Source: Paraglomus brasilianum (lineage: Eukaryota). Taken from it: a stretch of DNA of 54,483 nucleotides. Under the pieces are notes generated by a model. It was not told where the DNA came from, did no database searches, and saw only the letters and a list, made by a program, of their open reading frames with translations. A program made the position numbers and the translations under genes. Within the stretch, counting starts at the first letter, position 1. Each line of letters starts with the position of its first letter. Location of the stretch: NCBI GenBank assembly GCA_910592345.1, contig CAJVPI010000099.1, forward strand, positions 1 to 54,483, read 5' to 3'. Shown here one piece after another: positions 39,441 through 52,709 of the stretch.

Positions 39441-40067
39441 AGTTAATCGCTTATTTAGTCGATACGTTTACGTGTATATGTCACCGGGCGGCTATTTCTA
39501 ATAAAAAGTTTTTAGATCGTGGCTCAGAATGCTCACAGCTGCTGACGTGCACACTTGGAATTCTTAACGTTTCACACATATTAAAGCCCATTCGAAGATA
39601 TTCTCTTGACCAACATGTTTTAGTTCAATATACAAAATTCATTGCAATTGTTTTTTAATTGACTTTGCATCACGATGACCCAGTTGCTTGTCTCAGGATA
39701 CTGGGGCCTGTATGTAACTATACAGAAACCATGTGTAAAATCCATACACAATGAAGTATTGGACAAGTGGATAAATTATATGGTTTATTGTTCAAGGCAC
39801 GAACAATGCCACGCGCGCGCTTGATACTTCTGAGGCGGAAAAGTAGGGAAATAATACAATCTGCTTACACCTTTGCTATAAGGATTTCTTTGCTGAAGCT
39901 TATACGAGAACAGAATGACCGATATATGTTCAAAGTACGCCCTGCTTAAATCATCCCAGGTTATTAATCATTAATGCTGCAGTTTAATCGCAAAGCATAT
40001 AATACCTTGTGCATATTCTATTGGTAGCCGCCGCCACAAACGGCAGTATGGTTGAGAATAATTAGGT

Positions 40068-42279
40068 TTAATGTTTTCCAGTCTGACTCGACCTACTTCC
40101 GGGCTGGTGCGTTTTGATCACTTCTATCATTTCATTTCCAATTCTAACACCTTCCGTGAACCTACAAACGTATACGGGACAATTAGTTCCAAAACGCTCA
40201 TACGTGAGCACGAATCTATGACATACCTCTCTTTAAAGAATTCGGCCGTTTCTTCGAATCGCTTCTGATATGCAGCCATGTTCCCCACTGCAACACATTC
40301 TGCCCAGCCTTTGGAAGCAGAATAGAATTCCATATCATCTGCTCGAATGTCTTTATCATACAATGCTGCTTGAATGGCTTCCTTCAGCATTTCAGTGTTG
40401 CGAAAGAGATATTCTGCTATTCCGCTGGAGCGATTCAATGAACACGGAATTTTAAGAATGAAAAAGATCGGGAAAACATAATTATTTAGCATAAATATGA
40501 TTCAAGCTGATAATCGACTATTGAAGATTCATCCAACACAAAATATCTAGCTTACATCCACAGTCTGAATAAAGGTGTTTGACAGACCATGTGTTCATAT
40601 GGCCTAATGCCAAGCTTGTGCCAGCTGTCCACCTATAGTCAAAAATATCATTAGTATAAAATTTACTTTACCATTTAACCAATATCTAGCCGTACCATTG
40701 CCAACAGTGACAAGTGCGAGTTAGGCTTCCTTTGCTCGCTCGGTACACTCGACAGTGAAAATCTGTCTAGTATCGAATCGCTTAATAATATTGGCTGCCT
40801 GCTTTCAGCATGTTTACCGAAAACAAAATCTCCCGCCTAAGAATGTTCTAATATTCTATAAGTACATGTGCAGTTTTGTTCATTATCTGCTAATAATTAC
40901 TATTCGTACCAACTTGACACGATTCTCGAATTCCTCTTGTTTTTCTTGGATCATTAGTTTAAACAGATCAGAGACAGATTGTGCATATTGGCGGATTTGA
41001 ATCTCTGCACTTGGATTCATCATTGCGATACCTATTAACAAAGTAATAAGTTTAGTCGAATTCAAAACAATTAAAGAAATTTCAGGCGTAACTTACCAGC
41101 ATACACGTGCCATTTATTGGAATAGATGCGTAATGTCATGTTTATTTTTACGTTCTCTATTCCTCCAACGTATTGGGGCGTTTCCCACTGATAGATCGCA
41201 AATAAATAAATCGATTTAGTATGTTCTTCGAGTTAAGTGATATGAAAACTATCGGTTCCTACCGGAAATTGCATTTGAGTCTTCCATGCCGTACCCATGC
41301 TTTTCAAAATAGAAGACAAATTACTTAAGCCAAACGCGTCTATGTTATACCAAAATAATTTACGCTGCAGTTACCTCAGAAATGCTACGTGGGTAACAGC
41401 CTGTGTATCAGCTGTTATTCTATCATGTTCTTTGTACGATAATTCAACTATTTCAGATTGCAAACAGGAAAGTATGCGAATTACGAGATTGTATTTGTCA
41501 TCCGACGCGCGATGACGTATCAATACCTAATCAAATTTAGTGCGTTAATTGTCAATTGTTAATATAAAACATGCTGCTATTATAACTCACCAATGGTTGC
41601 CCTTTAGAATGAACGGTTGGTCCGTGCAAAGAATGACAAGTTACAATATGGACATCATCGGGCAGGTATTTTTCAAATGCGCGAATTTCCGGTTCTTTTA
41701 CAGATGTCTAAATCGTAGCATCGTTTAGCACAAATCCAACTAAACTATCATGACCGCTGACTAACCTGACCACCGACAATTGCTCCCATCTTCGTAGCTA
41801 ATCATGATACAAACATAATCAGAATGAATACTCTCCGAAGGAATTAGACATCAACAATTAGAGTCCTACATGGTCCATATTCGGCAACCACACGTTCTAT
41901 ATTTTCGGCTTCAACAGAATAAATAATAAAATCACTCCTCCGCGATACAGCATGTCCGTCTTTTAGAACAGTCAGGCCGCTGCCTAATACAATAAATGTC
42001 AGCTTGTTTGACATAAAGCACTATATTGTAAGAGAGTTATACCAGTAACCACCTGCTAACGCTATTTCCAGCCGTTCGTACTTCGAAGGCAAGTCGCAAA
42101 CATTTACACTAAACAAGTTATAACGAGTGAATAATGGAAAATATTGAAACCAATCAAGAATAAACTCTCGCGCATTACTTCTTCCAACCAGCCTCGACTA
42201 GCCTCTTGGCATACATCATTCCCATCGCTCCTAAACCGATTAAGCCAATTTCTAGTTCATCCATTTCCACAAGATTCAT
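40068..42279 (-). CDS. TYR1: Prephenate dehydrogenase (NADP+); multi-exon
   Basis: IGLIGLGAMG.MYA, VSRRSDFIIYSVEA, GAIVGGQTSVK.PEI, CHSLHGP, HDRITADTQAVTH, YVGGIENVK, NKWHVYAG.AMMNP, NSHLSLLAMVDSW, CQTPLFRLW. Confidence 0.93.
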
Positions 42280-42595
42280 GTTGTCTACAGACAGATCTGT
42301 ATTTATATGCATGGCCAACAAAAATCCGACGCTCCCATGAGGCCGCAGACCATTATTATTATTATATTTAAAACTGCCAAATTGGTTTTTTCGCACGATA
42401 AACAATGTTCATTATTACGGCTTTACCAACGGCTTTGCTCGTATAGAATGTTGGGTCAAAAGAATATAACAAAACACCCTCCAAGTAGAACTAACCAAAC
42501 AAGTTTTGCACCCAACCGAGATAATATTAATATTAACCAACTTAGAATGTATATGTTACTGGTATGCTTTATTTTTTATAAACTTTTTATTAAGA

Positions 42596-43474
42596 CTACA
42601 ATGCTGAATGGAAAATTCGAGGAGTCTGCCCGATGTAACTCTTTTCCAAAAGCTGAAAGCGGGACTCCCAACTACGGGGGAATACTGCAGACAAAATTTC
42701 CTCATCAACATGATCCTTTTCCCTCTTAAAAAATTGATCGAGTACAAAAAATTTGCCTTGCAGTATCAATACGCTCTTGAATCGTCTTGTAAGTGTTGTT
42801 AATGGGATGTGTTTTTAAAAATTCTGTGAGTGTCCTACTCGTTCCAAGAACAATTGTCCGATTGCGTGTTGCCATCACGGACGAGACGCTCATGAGTAGG
42901 CTCTATATCATGTTCGATCCCAGTTTATAATGAATGAATGAATAAACGCATAAGTAGTTCGTGCTTGAAACTACTAAAATATTATGGAAACCTTATCAAA
43001 ACACAACATTTGCCAATGAAATCGGATAATGTCCCTTCTTTCGACATCATTAATATTGCCAGGAACATCGATAACTTTGTTGACCACCATTATAAGGTAT
43101 TAAAAAAAAAGTTATAAACACTTCAAGAATTGAAAAGAAACTCACAAATCCATCAGCACTTTGCCAATGTATTTAATCATTGTCGCATGAAACTTTTTTT
43201 TGCCGCTATACGAGTACGTCAGAATTTTGCTCCTTACATCCTCTATTGGAACCTGCAAACATTAATAGGAGAGATTATTCGATAGTACTTCTTATAGACT
43301 GGCATCCACGATAATGTTCTTATTCTAGATCACCGCATGTTTAACTTGGTTATGGTTCTCTACTTCTGAATCAGATGACTACAAAACTAAACATGACTCC
43401 CTTTTTGGCTTTATCAAGATGGAATACATCTAACAGATATATGCCGTCAGGAGATTCTTCACATACTGTAGATC
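42596..43474 (-). CDS. Unidentified spliced hypothetical gene or pseudogene; start not located
   Basis: Putative GT-AG bounded exons splice in frame: VPIEDVRSKILTY..KVLMDL / VIDVPGNINDVERRDIIRFHWQMLCFDK / SLLMSVSS..IQERIDTARQIF. The frame continues to ..FPRSWESRFQLLEKSY.. only if one T is removed from a T6 run near 42746-42751. Confidence 0.45.
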
Positions 43475-43914
43475 CTATAATTACAAAGAAAAGAGGTCGC
43501 GTGTTAAGTAAGGTGTTTGATCCGGATCTGAGAAATCAGTTAGGCGGTAGAGAAAACCTCTTGTAGACGAAGCAGGGTTGATAATTGCGATACAAGAAGA
43601 ATAGTGTAAAGTTAGTCTAGAGATATTGCGATATCAATTATGAGCCTACCAAATGCTGTAAGTGGAATTACGCGCGGAAATATTTCAACACGTGACACAA
43701 AAATCTGGTATATAATTGATCCTGATAATCACTCAAGTCATATGACAGATAATGTTTTTTCAGCGACGATCCCGGCACGATTCTTATTATTCGTACTTAT
43801 TAATATTAGTATTAGTATTTTTGATCGTCACTCAAGCTATTTATCATATGACTTGTTCATCCATTAGTTAGGGGAGAGGAAAAGCATATTAATATTTCGT
43901 TGTCACCTTTGAAA

Positions 43915-45553
43915 ATGGCATCGCCATATGCGAATGATTCAGCGTGGAAACCTGACATTGATTTGTGTAAGCTCTCAATACTATTATGCAATCATTCCCA
44001 GAAATGTGAAGCTAACCTATCCATTTTCTAGCAAAACCAAGATATGACCAATCAACATATGTAGGTCGGGTTAGACATTTCGTTGACATTACTGACCCGA
44101 GGTAAGAGACAGCGCTTTTGGAATATCAGTAATGCTAGTTTACCTGCAGCAAAAGTTCTTTACAGGACTTTATTTGTGACCCGTAAGGGTCTTGAACAGG
44201 CCAAGAACCTGATCAACGACTATAACGCTGGTTTAATCCGTACTACGGATCCAGAAAAACTATGGAAAGCAAAAAAAAGTAGGTTGCAATTCTATACCTG
44301 TCGTACACTCATGTTTCTTTACGTCCGTATTAAAGTTTTTTTCCTCGCTATTAAATATAGTTGTGAATTCTACTATTCACCCTGACACCGGAGAGCCTGT
44401 ATTTCTTCCATTTCGCATGTCATGTTTTGTGCCCACCAATCTTGTCGTAGTAGCTGGAATGCTTACGCCTAATCCAAGTGTATGTTGAGAGCTTCTTACG
44501 TTCAATTCACTATTCAACCGAGCTAATAAGTTAGCTATTACAGATCAAGTCAATTATATTCTGGCAATGGGCGAATCAAAGCGTCAACGTAGCCATAAAT
44601 TATGCAAATGCAAACAAAACCACGAAGATGGATTTTAAGGAGACTGCCAGTAAGAGCATCGGAGTAAACCATTGAGAAGCCAAAAGTTTGAACATCCTTT
44701 GAATGTCATAAGACATATTGAGTTATTAAAGTATTATCTTCTTCATAGCTGCTTATCTTTCTGCGGTTACCGCATCTTGTGGGATAGCAGTTGGTCTCTC
44801 GCAGGCTGTCCCTCGATTGAAATCTCTTAGTCCTTCGATGAAGCAAGTGCTGTCTAGACTTGTCCCGTTTGCTGCTGTTGCAGGCGCCGGGACAGTAAAT
44901 GTGTACTTGATGAGATGGAAAGAAATCAAGTAAGTGAAAATATGTATGGCTCAAAATCACCTGCGATACTTAGACCTTCTTGAATAAAATGCTCTTGTCA
45001 ACGTGTCGCGTTATCTCAGAGATGGTATCGATGTATATGATGATGATGGAAGGAATTTGGGGAAGTCAAGTAAAGCTGGAGCATCCGCTGTAAAGCAGGT
45101 ATGATGATAGTAATGATATTCTCTTTTATAAGTTCTTTTCGCTTAATTGAAAATCACGTTTTGCCCATATGTAGGTTGCCATCTCCCGCGTGTTAACAGC
45201 TTTTCCGGCGTTGACCATACCTCCTTTGCTACTTTCGCGACTTGAGAAGACACGATGGATAAAGAGAAATCCTAAATTAATTCTGCCAATAAATTTTGGT
45301 GTGTATGTTCAAGAAATGAAGTCATTAAATGCTGATTTACTAACTTATTACGCCCGCCCACCATAATTTTTTTTTCCTAAACAATATTTCAGGCTTAATT
45401 ACTATTTCACTTATGACTGCCCTCCCGCTGGCAATTGGTGCATTTCCGCAGAGAGCGGAAGTAAATCCGCTAGCATTAGAAAGAAGGTTTTGGGACATTC
45501 GAGATGAGAATGGACATGTTATAAATAAAGTGTACTACAATAAAGGATTGTAA
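43915..45553 (+). CDS. FSF1: Sideroflexin (mitochondrial SFXN/Fsf1); multi-exon
   Basis: IDLSKPRYDQSTY.GR.RHF..ITDPR, HPDTGEPVFLPFRMS, FWQWANQS.N.A.NYANANK, VPFAAVA.AG, KVYYNKGL*. Confidence 0.93.
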
Positions 45554-45933
45554 GCAGAGGCGTTATAGAGTTGCTCTCGCTTCTCGTCTTTCGTGACAGA
45601 ATAGTGTGGACAATATAATCATCTCCCATGTGATTGCAAAACTTTCTTATTTCCCGCGCATAGATGGATCTAATTTCGACGAACAGGAGACCTTTATTAT
45701 TACATAAGATATCTTTTGTTAGTCAGCCTCCCACGAGCAGTGAGATGCGAAGAATCATAATAATGATGAAAAGTCTCGCTTAGTTAAATTATTCGCTCGC
45801 CAATGATTTGTAGTCTTTTTTCATGTGATAGAAATAGATCACAGATCTTTAATTGGCTATCAAACGTGTTACACTTATTTTAAATTTTTGTGAAGTCTCA
45901 TTTTTCTTGTCAAGTCAGTAAACACAATAAACA

Positions 45934-47538
45934 ATGGCAGCTGCAGGGATTACAACTGGTAGCTTATTAATCTTCTTCCCGATACCTAAGTTTGCTAAAC
46001 GTGTTCTCTAACTAAATAATTTATCAGATGAAGCAAAGTTATATGATAGACAAATCAGATTGTGGGGCGTGGAAGCTCAACACTGGTAACATTAGATAAT
46101 ATTATATCGGGCTTCTAAGGTCTTTTCCTTGACATAAATATACGAAAAGTCAGCGCGCTTATTTTTCCTTGATGATTAGCATGCGTAAATCATCTATACT
46201 TATAGTTGGTATACGAGGCCTCAGTAATGAAGTGTGCAAGAATTTGGTGTTGGCCGGAGTTGGTGCTGTCACTCTGCTTGATCATGAAATCGTCAAGGGA
46301 GAAGACCTGGGAGCACAGTTTTTTGTTAACAAAGATGATGTCGGAAAGAATGTATGATGGTCAAAATTTTTGCGGGTCCAAGAAAGAAATTCACAACACA
46401 TTAACGCAATATCGTGAAATTTTTTCCCTATTTAGAGGGCGGTTGCTTCTGCTGACAAGATGAGACAGCTTAACCCTAGAGTCTCAATCAAAACAGACAC
46501 TGGTGATGTTAAAGATAAGCCAGAAGAATACTTTGAGAAATATGATCTTGTATGTCTAACTGACTGTGATCTAGAGACAATGGTGAGCAGTTCATGATTA
46601 CAGTCAAATGCTAGCATCATTTCATAATCTAATCCATATATTCATATTAGATACGCGTGAATAAAATCTGTCATTCGTATAAAAAGAAGTTTTACTCAGC
46701 GGCGGTGTATGGCTTCTATGGATATATATTTACAGACCTTAATAAACATAACTTCACAGTGTATGTGCCAGCACTAGAAATAATTATTGTTGCAATTTTG
46801 TATTACCATGCTCATTAATCTTGTCATAGGAAGGGTCAAGAAAAAGAGGAGGAGTTTGTAGACATGGAGACAGCTTTGAAGAAGTCTGATTGGTCATCCT
46901 TATCTAATAAAAAGTTAAAGAGGATGTCACCTTTATTATGGGCTTTACAAGGTATGTCAAATGATTTAATTGTATTTACTGTGCTTATTAATTAATGTTG
47001 CATAGTTTTGTGGAAGTTTGAGCAGGAAGAGAACAGGCTTCCCAATAACTCAGAATCAGATTTTGCAAAGTTGAAAGTGATAAGAGACTCATTGTCAGTA
47101 TTGAGTAATCTTCAGCCATCTATGATACCAAATGAAATTCTCAAGTATGTAAAGAAAGTCATCATCTAAGTTATAAACTATAACCTTTGATATTAACTTG
47201 TTAATTGTCACAGTTCACTAGCATCAGCACCAGAAACAGAATTGTCTCCTGTGTGTGCAATTATGGGTGGAATATTAGCTCAAGATATCTTGTATGCAGT
47301 TTCCCATCAAGGCATGCCCATAAATAACTTTCTTGTCTTTAATGCTCATGAGAGTAAGTATTTTATTTCTGTATTAATATTATAATTAATGATGAGTATT
47401 CCAATTGCTTTGCCATTGACTCTGCTTTGATATAAAGATTCAGGACTTATTTATAAAGTGATGCCAGGTAAGCTACCTTATTAATGAGATTATTAGAATT
47501 TGATCAGACAGATGGTTATGCCCAATTATGCAGAATGA
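45934..47538 (+). CDS. AOS1: SUMO-activating enzyme E1 subunit 1 (Aos1/SAE1)
   Basis: EAKLYDRQIRLWGVEAQ, GLSNEVCKNLVLAGVG, LGAQFF, LNPRV, YGFYGYIF.DL, ELSPVCAIMGGILAQD. The last micro-exon is uncertain; without it the stop would be near 47484. Confidence 0.9.
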
Positions 47539-48199
47539 AGTGTTGGAGAAAGTGAAAGTCAATATAAAAAGATGCAGGAATTAAATTTGAACAATTCTTG
47601 AGTCAAATTGCATAGTTCCCTGTTATTATGTGGGGTAGTACTCTCCTACTATTGTATCATTATTATGTATTACTTTTGTTATGCTTATCACAAATGCGGA
47701 CCCAAAATAGATCATGCTTTAATATTGAAGCAAAATAGGGAAGATAATATGACATAGATAATTTGTGACATTTAACTCTGGAATCTTTCCATGGCCTGAT
47801 TTTTGTTGCTCAGAGAAAACATTTTAATGCTTAATTATTATGCATTATAAGATATTCATCAATAACTTTGTCAAGACAAACTGATTTAATATTCAATTTA
47901 TAGAACCTCAAAGATTTTAGCAGTAGTAACAAGCTCTTACTGTATTATCATTCAGATTCTCTCGATCAAGTTGATACCTCATTCAACCTGCAGCAATCCT
48001 GGACCTTGCATTTTGCGACTTTGACACAATTGCAACCCAGGATTCAAAATAGTGTAAATATTCTATTTGTAGTTATTTTTATTATAGAAACTGATCCCAT
48101 TGATAGAGGAAAGTGCAATTGACAATCTAAATCGAAAAAATGCATATACAAGATCAAACGCAATGTAATGAGTATATAAATCCAAACTAACTGGTTAGC

Positions 48200-48825
48200 G
48201 ATTTAAGTAGGAGTAGAGGTTAGCAAGCCTCGATTATCCCAAGGCCAGTTACTGAATGCTCTCCTCGTTAAATGTCTCAGCTCCAAGTCTAGTCTCCCTG
48301 GATTCTCCTTGATACTTGAGGGACATCCTCGGTCAACTCTACTGGACATTACCTTCAATCTTAGAAGAGATGCCAACTTATCCGATCTTGCACCCCAACT
48401 TATCAACCAATTTAATGACTGGCCCAAATGAACGAGTTGGAGTTCTTTAACTACGATGCCCGCACCGAGAGTCTTCGCCCAGTACTATGCTTAAGGCTAT
48501 GGAGCAGGAACACGTCAGATGGAAAGCCACTTGTCGTGCACTACCCGCTGACGGATAACACTAGTACGTCTTTTTTTCTTGTGCATATTTCTTACGCTCG
48601 GACAGTGTGCCTTTCTCATTTCTTGTTCTTGGCCCCTGACCTTATAGTCGTGGTCAAAGTCAGATTGCTCGGTACTCCAGCGGAAATTTGCCTCCCCCCC
48701 CACGACTGGAGTCTGGTACATGCACCAGACTGGCGGGCAACAATGGCTTTTGCATTAGATGACATACTCGAACTAGCCGGCACGATAACATCGCTACATG
48801 ATAATATACTGCTGTACTGACCGTA
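48200..48825 (+). mobile_element. Possible decayed non-LTR retrotransposon fragment
   Basis: GC-richer intronless coding-like segment with a frameshift near 48420. It ends ..DNILLY followed by TGAC, which could be a broken RNase H YTDGS start. Weak evidence. Confidence 0.3.
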
Positions 48826-49698
48826 AGTAATTGGCAAATGACAACTATTCCTTTTCTAACACATTATTAATTAATCTATACCTTGTCCACTTACTTACTA
48901 CTCCAATTCTCCAGATAAACCCATTCAAGTGCGATGTCACTACGTATAATTCAGCCAATATACCACCACACGTACGTGGATCCGCACAATCGCCACAATA
49001 AAATCCGCAATACGTAAGCGGCGGTGGATCAAGCTTAAATATAGCAGAATTTTATATTATAGTGTATCACGAATCCTCCAAGAAAAATTTGCATGAGAGA
49101 ACAAAGAAGGGGAAAGTAGGATCTCGGGTATCGCTAATAAGAGAGTTGTATATGCTTTCTTTGTAATTTCTCTAGACTTTGTTGGCAAACCTTTCATTAA
49201 CAGCGGCGCTCTGATGCGTTTGTATTACTCTCGATTGAGTTTTCCAAATAGCAAAAGATAGGGAGAACGTTCTCCCACATCCACAGAATAGCTAGAGTAA
49301 ATCCATCAACGGGAAATCCTGTCTGTCGATGTTGTTTTATCTATATTAAAAATAAACAAACAAAGAACTACCGTCCTTACCAAGGCCTCCCAATAAATGA
49401 ATAACATAATAAAAATTAAAGCAACGAAAATGTTCTTATAAGATAAAACCATAATTTAAATGCCCAGTTCGACTATGTCTAAATAATCATATTATTGTCT
49501 ATGTAACCTAACCCCTTCACACAAACTATTACATGCAATTTATATTACTTACTCCAAAATATTCTTTATTTACATATACAAATAATCTCGCTCATAGATT
49601 AATAACACAAACTACTGTCACTCTTCATGTATTTCCTCTTTAGAAATTACAAATTCTCAATTACTAGAAAGGGGAGGGGTGCCCTCTGATACTTCAAC

Positions 49699-52215
49699 CT
49701 AGCAATGCTCAATGCTGTCTTTGCCAGTGCTAGTGAGCCACTCACGAATTGTATCAGATTTGACTTCACACACACCATTTTGCTCATTGGCTAATGCCTT
49801 CACCACCTTTTCTTGTTCAAGAACTTGTTTCTAAACAAACAGCATTATGTGAACATTTTACATATAGCCACTATTGTTGAGAATGCTTCATTGTAAGTAC
49901 TTACCATAAAGTAGGCAATTAGTTCAGACACCCGCAAGAGAATTCCATGCAAATGGCAACCGGGCACTTCTTACTTCTACAGCTTTGAAGTTTGACTTAT
50001 GCATAGATATTTCAATTAAGATGATGTGATCAACTTTAAAAGCAAATATATATCAGTAACAATTATATAAATTGTAATTCCAAGGTTTGTGAAACTTACC
50101 AATAACTTGTATTGTGTAAAACTTCAAGTTTTTAGCTGTGTTTGAAGATGCATCTAGATACTGCTGGAGAGTACCTTGGAGCATATCTGCTCCTTCTAAC
50201 AATACCTTTTCCGTGTCTTCCATCATATGTTTACAATCCTGCTCTGCAGGTCCTCCAGATACTTCTATGGTTGCAAAGTCTCTCTGATCTGTCTTGACAA
50301 TGCAAAGAGCATTGACTTTGTAAGTTCTTGTTTTCTGGTCTGGATCTTTGACAAATTGCAGTGCTTTTTGAAACATCATATGTTTCTCTATCCTGTTGTT
50401 GCAAATAAGCATAATAATAAGAAAAGGCAACATTGAATGTAGTACTAGTACATGAAGCTTATACATACCAGTGAAATGTTACAAGCCCAAAAACATACTC
50501 AGTATACTTGAATGGAACTGCCACCTGTTCCAGCAAAAATTTCCTTTCTGAAGGATGTCTTTCAAGGGTATTATTGCTTGCATAACGAACCATTGTGTGA
50601 CTTCACAGATTAAGATTGCAACATTATGTTAACTTTTCAAAAAAAAGAAAACAAAAGCTTCAATGTATACTTACAAATCTATTAATGTACTCTGGAAAAC
50701 AGCACATAGCTTGTACTCATACTCACTAGCATCTTTCAATGGAATATTTACAACATTATCAAATTCTTGCACAGTGCTCTAAATATTATTGGCTTATGAT
50801 TAATCATATGAAAGATCATTTCTCTCATACTATTGTAATGATACTCACAGAGAGAACATGACGTAACCATGTCAGTAATGGCCCTGGTAAACTAGCCAGC
50901 TTACTTTGCTCATATGAATGGCATTGAATCTCCTTTGCAACATCTGGGTGCTGCTTTTCCAGCATACATAGAAGTGATTTTAAACCAGGCACTATTTTGG
51001 GTGTCAAGCTATCAAAAGAGTAATAAAAAAGTAAACTTATTGAAATGGATATTCTATGGCATTTAATAGAATGATACATACTTTGCTACCATCTTTGTCT
51101 GAAGGATAGATTTATGTGGTGTACTGAATGTGCCCAAACTAGCCTTCTGCTTTTTGGGTGATGGAGTTGGGGTCTCACATCCACTTTCTTCAATGTCATC
51201 CTACATTAAGCAAGACAATAATAGCACTTTTAGCAAGCAAACTGCCAGAACTCCTATGACAACTGCTTACCTCTTCACATGTATCTTTGATGCTCTTTTG
51301 ATGTCTCTGCTTGCTTGAAATTATGACAGTCTTCTCTATGTCATTACTAGCACCACAGTTGAGCATGCTTGCAAACTTTCTTTTATAGCTGGCATCTGTT
51401 TCATCACCCTAAAAAAAAGACAATGCATGACACAAATGAGAAATAAGCAATTCTGCATGCCATATGACAAGCCAGAACATACAAGAATTACTGGAAAGAT
51501 AACGATTTCTTTTCTAGTTAACATCCTAATAATATTGTATCAGCTGAATTGAATCTTATTGTTATTATTATGTCAAAGAAATAAAAATATAAGTGCAGAA
51601 CTCACTGAAAGCAGGTGATGGTTGATTTCTTTTGAGACATAATAATCTCGAGATGGGCCTTCCATAAGCTGAAAAAGTTGAAAAGGGGTCAACACATGTT
51701 GATCTTGATGATAGCAGTTACTATTACTGCTTCACACATATTATACCTTTTCCATACTGGCAGCTGATTTCGCCAGTTCGTAGCGTGCACACTGTTCAGC
51801 ATGGTGATCTAAAGCACTTGCAGTTTCTTGATCAAGTTTTGCAAATTCCTGTACATAATTTGAAACGACCTTTAGCAAATATATTGATGGAATACAATGC
51901 GTTATCGTCGCCTCGTGGACTTACCTGGTATTCTAACAATTTTTTGAAAAAAACACGAAATGCCAAGCTGATGTTCTTTCTTTGAGATAAACTTCGCAAA
52001 GTTTCCAGCCACATTTTTTCGACGCTTGCCGAGCTCTCGATTATAGAACCTGACTTTATTATTTGCAACACAAAGGTACGGAAATCCCAGCTTTTGAGGT
52101 CTAGTTGTTGGAGCACTGCATGTATATCGGTAGGTGTAACGAAGGTTTCCGAGGTCTCCGGGACAGTTGGTGGGTTAAAAGGCGACACTACGTCAGAAAC
52201 GCAATCGAACGACAT
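49699..52215 (-). pseudogene. Intron-rich hypothetical gene with C-terminal PD-(D/E)xK-like domain, probably disrupted
   Basis: YKVNALCIV...FATIEVSGGP....KH..EDTEK...FYTIQ.I...VRSARLPF resembles expanded Mucoromycota nuclease-fold families. There is an apparent frameshift near 49930 (GV* versus ELIAYFM). Last exon KQVLEQEK..IREWL ends TAG at 49701-49699. Confidence 0.55.
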
Positions 52216-52484
52216 GTCCAGTTTGTTAAAAATAAGGCTCCAAAGTCTGCGCGTAAACGTGAAGCGTGATGCCTGATCGCACGTGACTGGAACAAAGAGA
52301 AAATTTTATCTCATACTCATTGACATCAATAGATAATAATAAGGAAAAACGTGATGAACGGTGAGACGTGATGTGACATAAAGACTTACAGTAAAAGGCA
52401 TATCGATATCAACTTTTCCGCTTAAATAAGTCCGGTTCCAGATGAACAACACACCTACTAGGTACAGGGAGGATGCGAAGCTGT

Positions 52485-52709
52485 CTGCCAGTTGGCGAGT
52501 GGACTCCTGCCTGCGCGTTCATGGGCTTTTCGTCTGCCAGCTGGCGGAAAAGCTCCTCTGTCGCACCTTATTCCAACAAATGCTATTGCTGCCAGCTGGC
52601 GGATAGCCTCTTTGTGATAAGGTAAACAGGTAAGACGGAATAAGGTCGCTGCCAGCTGGCGGGCCAAGTTCTAAGATGGTCTTCAATATGTTGTGTCTGC
52701 CAGCTGGCG
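52485..52709 (+). repeat. Array of five CTGCCAG(C/T)TGGCG palindromic repeats separated by 35-47 bp spacers
   Basis: Copies at 52485, 52534, 52589, 52649 and 52697. Spacers are 36, 42, 47 and 35 bp. Confidence 0.9.

Noticed and set aside
52485..52709. True CRISPR array
   Set aside because: The repeat is only 13 bp, spacer lengths are uneven, the context is eukaryotic and there are no cas genes. Kept as a repeat feature and a finding instead.
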